DNA of 64,000 nucleotides from contig OZ320313.1 in assembly GCA_976226885.1 (NCBI GenBank), forward strand, positions 156,302,001 to 156,366,000, given 5' to 3'. The notes beneath the pieces are model-generated. The model saw nothing but the letters and a program-made list of their open reading frames with translations, searched no databases and was not told the origin of the DNA. Position 1 is the stretch's first letter. The number at the start of each line of letters is the position of its first letter. The position numbers were made by a program, and so were the translations under genes. Shown in pieces: positions 63,615 through 64,000 of the stretch. This DNA is from Iphione sp. A-MEVVRFRX5. Lineage: Eukaryota.

Positions 63615-64000
63615 CTGTTGATCAGTTGGCCACCAGGAAAAGGCGAACCGCGCAGAACGGACCAAAAACACAAGAAGTAAAACACATAAGAAATCAGAAC
63701 TCAACACAGATTGATGACAGGAATCCACGCAAGAGGCATCAGACCTGAAGCAATTTGGGATAAGCGATTTTGAAAGACAATGCATTAGAATTCCCTCTGG
63801 CAATGTAAGAATACTGGACATTTTGTAACAAGAAGATTGCTTCATAATCCAGGAAGTACAGCCCGGTTTATCAGACATCCTTGTAATTATTCTACTTAAT
63901 ATTTTGAAATCGCCGACTTAATAAGCAATAAAACTACTTTCTGAAAGTCGGGTCTTGTTACTTTGCTGTATTCTGTTGCATCATCCAAAACACATTGTAT

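Overview
Animal (invertebrate-like, probably lophotrochozoan or invertebrate deuterostome; species not determinable) genomic DNA with AT-rich introns and GC3-rich exons. Positions 318-49322 (+) hold the 3' part of ADGRV1 (VLGR1/GPR98). I traced 47 GT-AG exons in one continuous, phase-consistent frame (7680 nt, about 2559 aa). They encode roughly 15 Calx-beta repeats, a GAIN/GPS domain (H-M|S), 7TM and a tail ending ...[10 protein letters not shown]. The gene's 5' end lies upstream of the window. Positions 60431-63614 (-) hold the last two exons of an alpha9/alpha10-like nicotinic acetylcholine receptor subunit, tail-to-tail with ADGRV1. The most interesting signal is in the 5.4-kb intron 13: a CpG-rich promoter-like block, then an ATG exon (11881-12016) encoding a signal-peptide-like leader with a phase-1 donor that fits exon 14. 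This predicts an internally initiated, membrane-targeted short ADGRV1 of about 1819 aa. The window also has several MITEs (some carrying minisatellites), LINE/SINE relics, a decayed hammerhead-like motif and an orphan promoter-like block in the intergenic region. There is no CRISPR array, rRNA gene or intact tRNA gene. All coordinates were read by hand.
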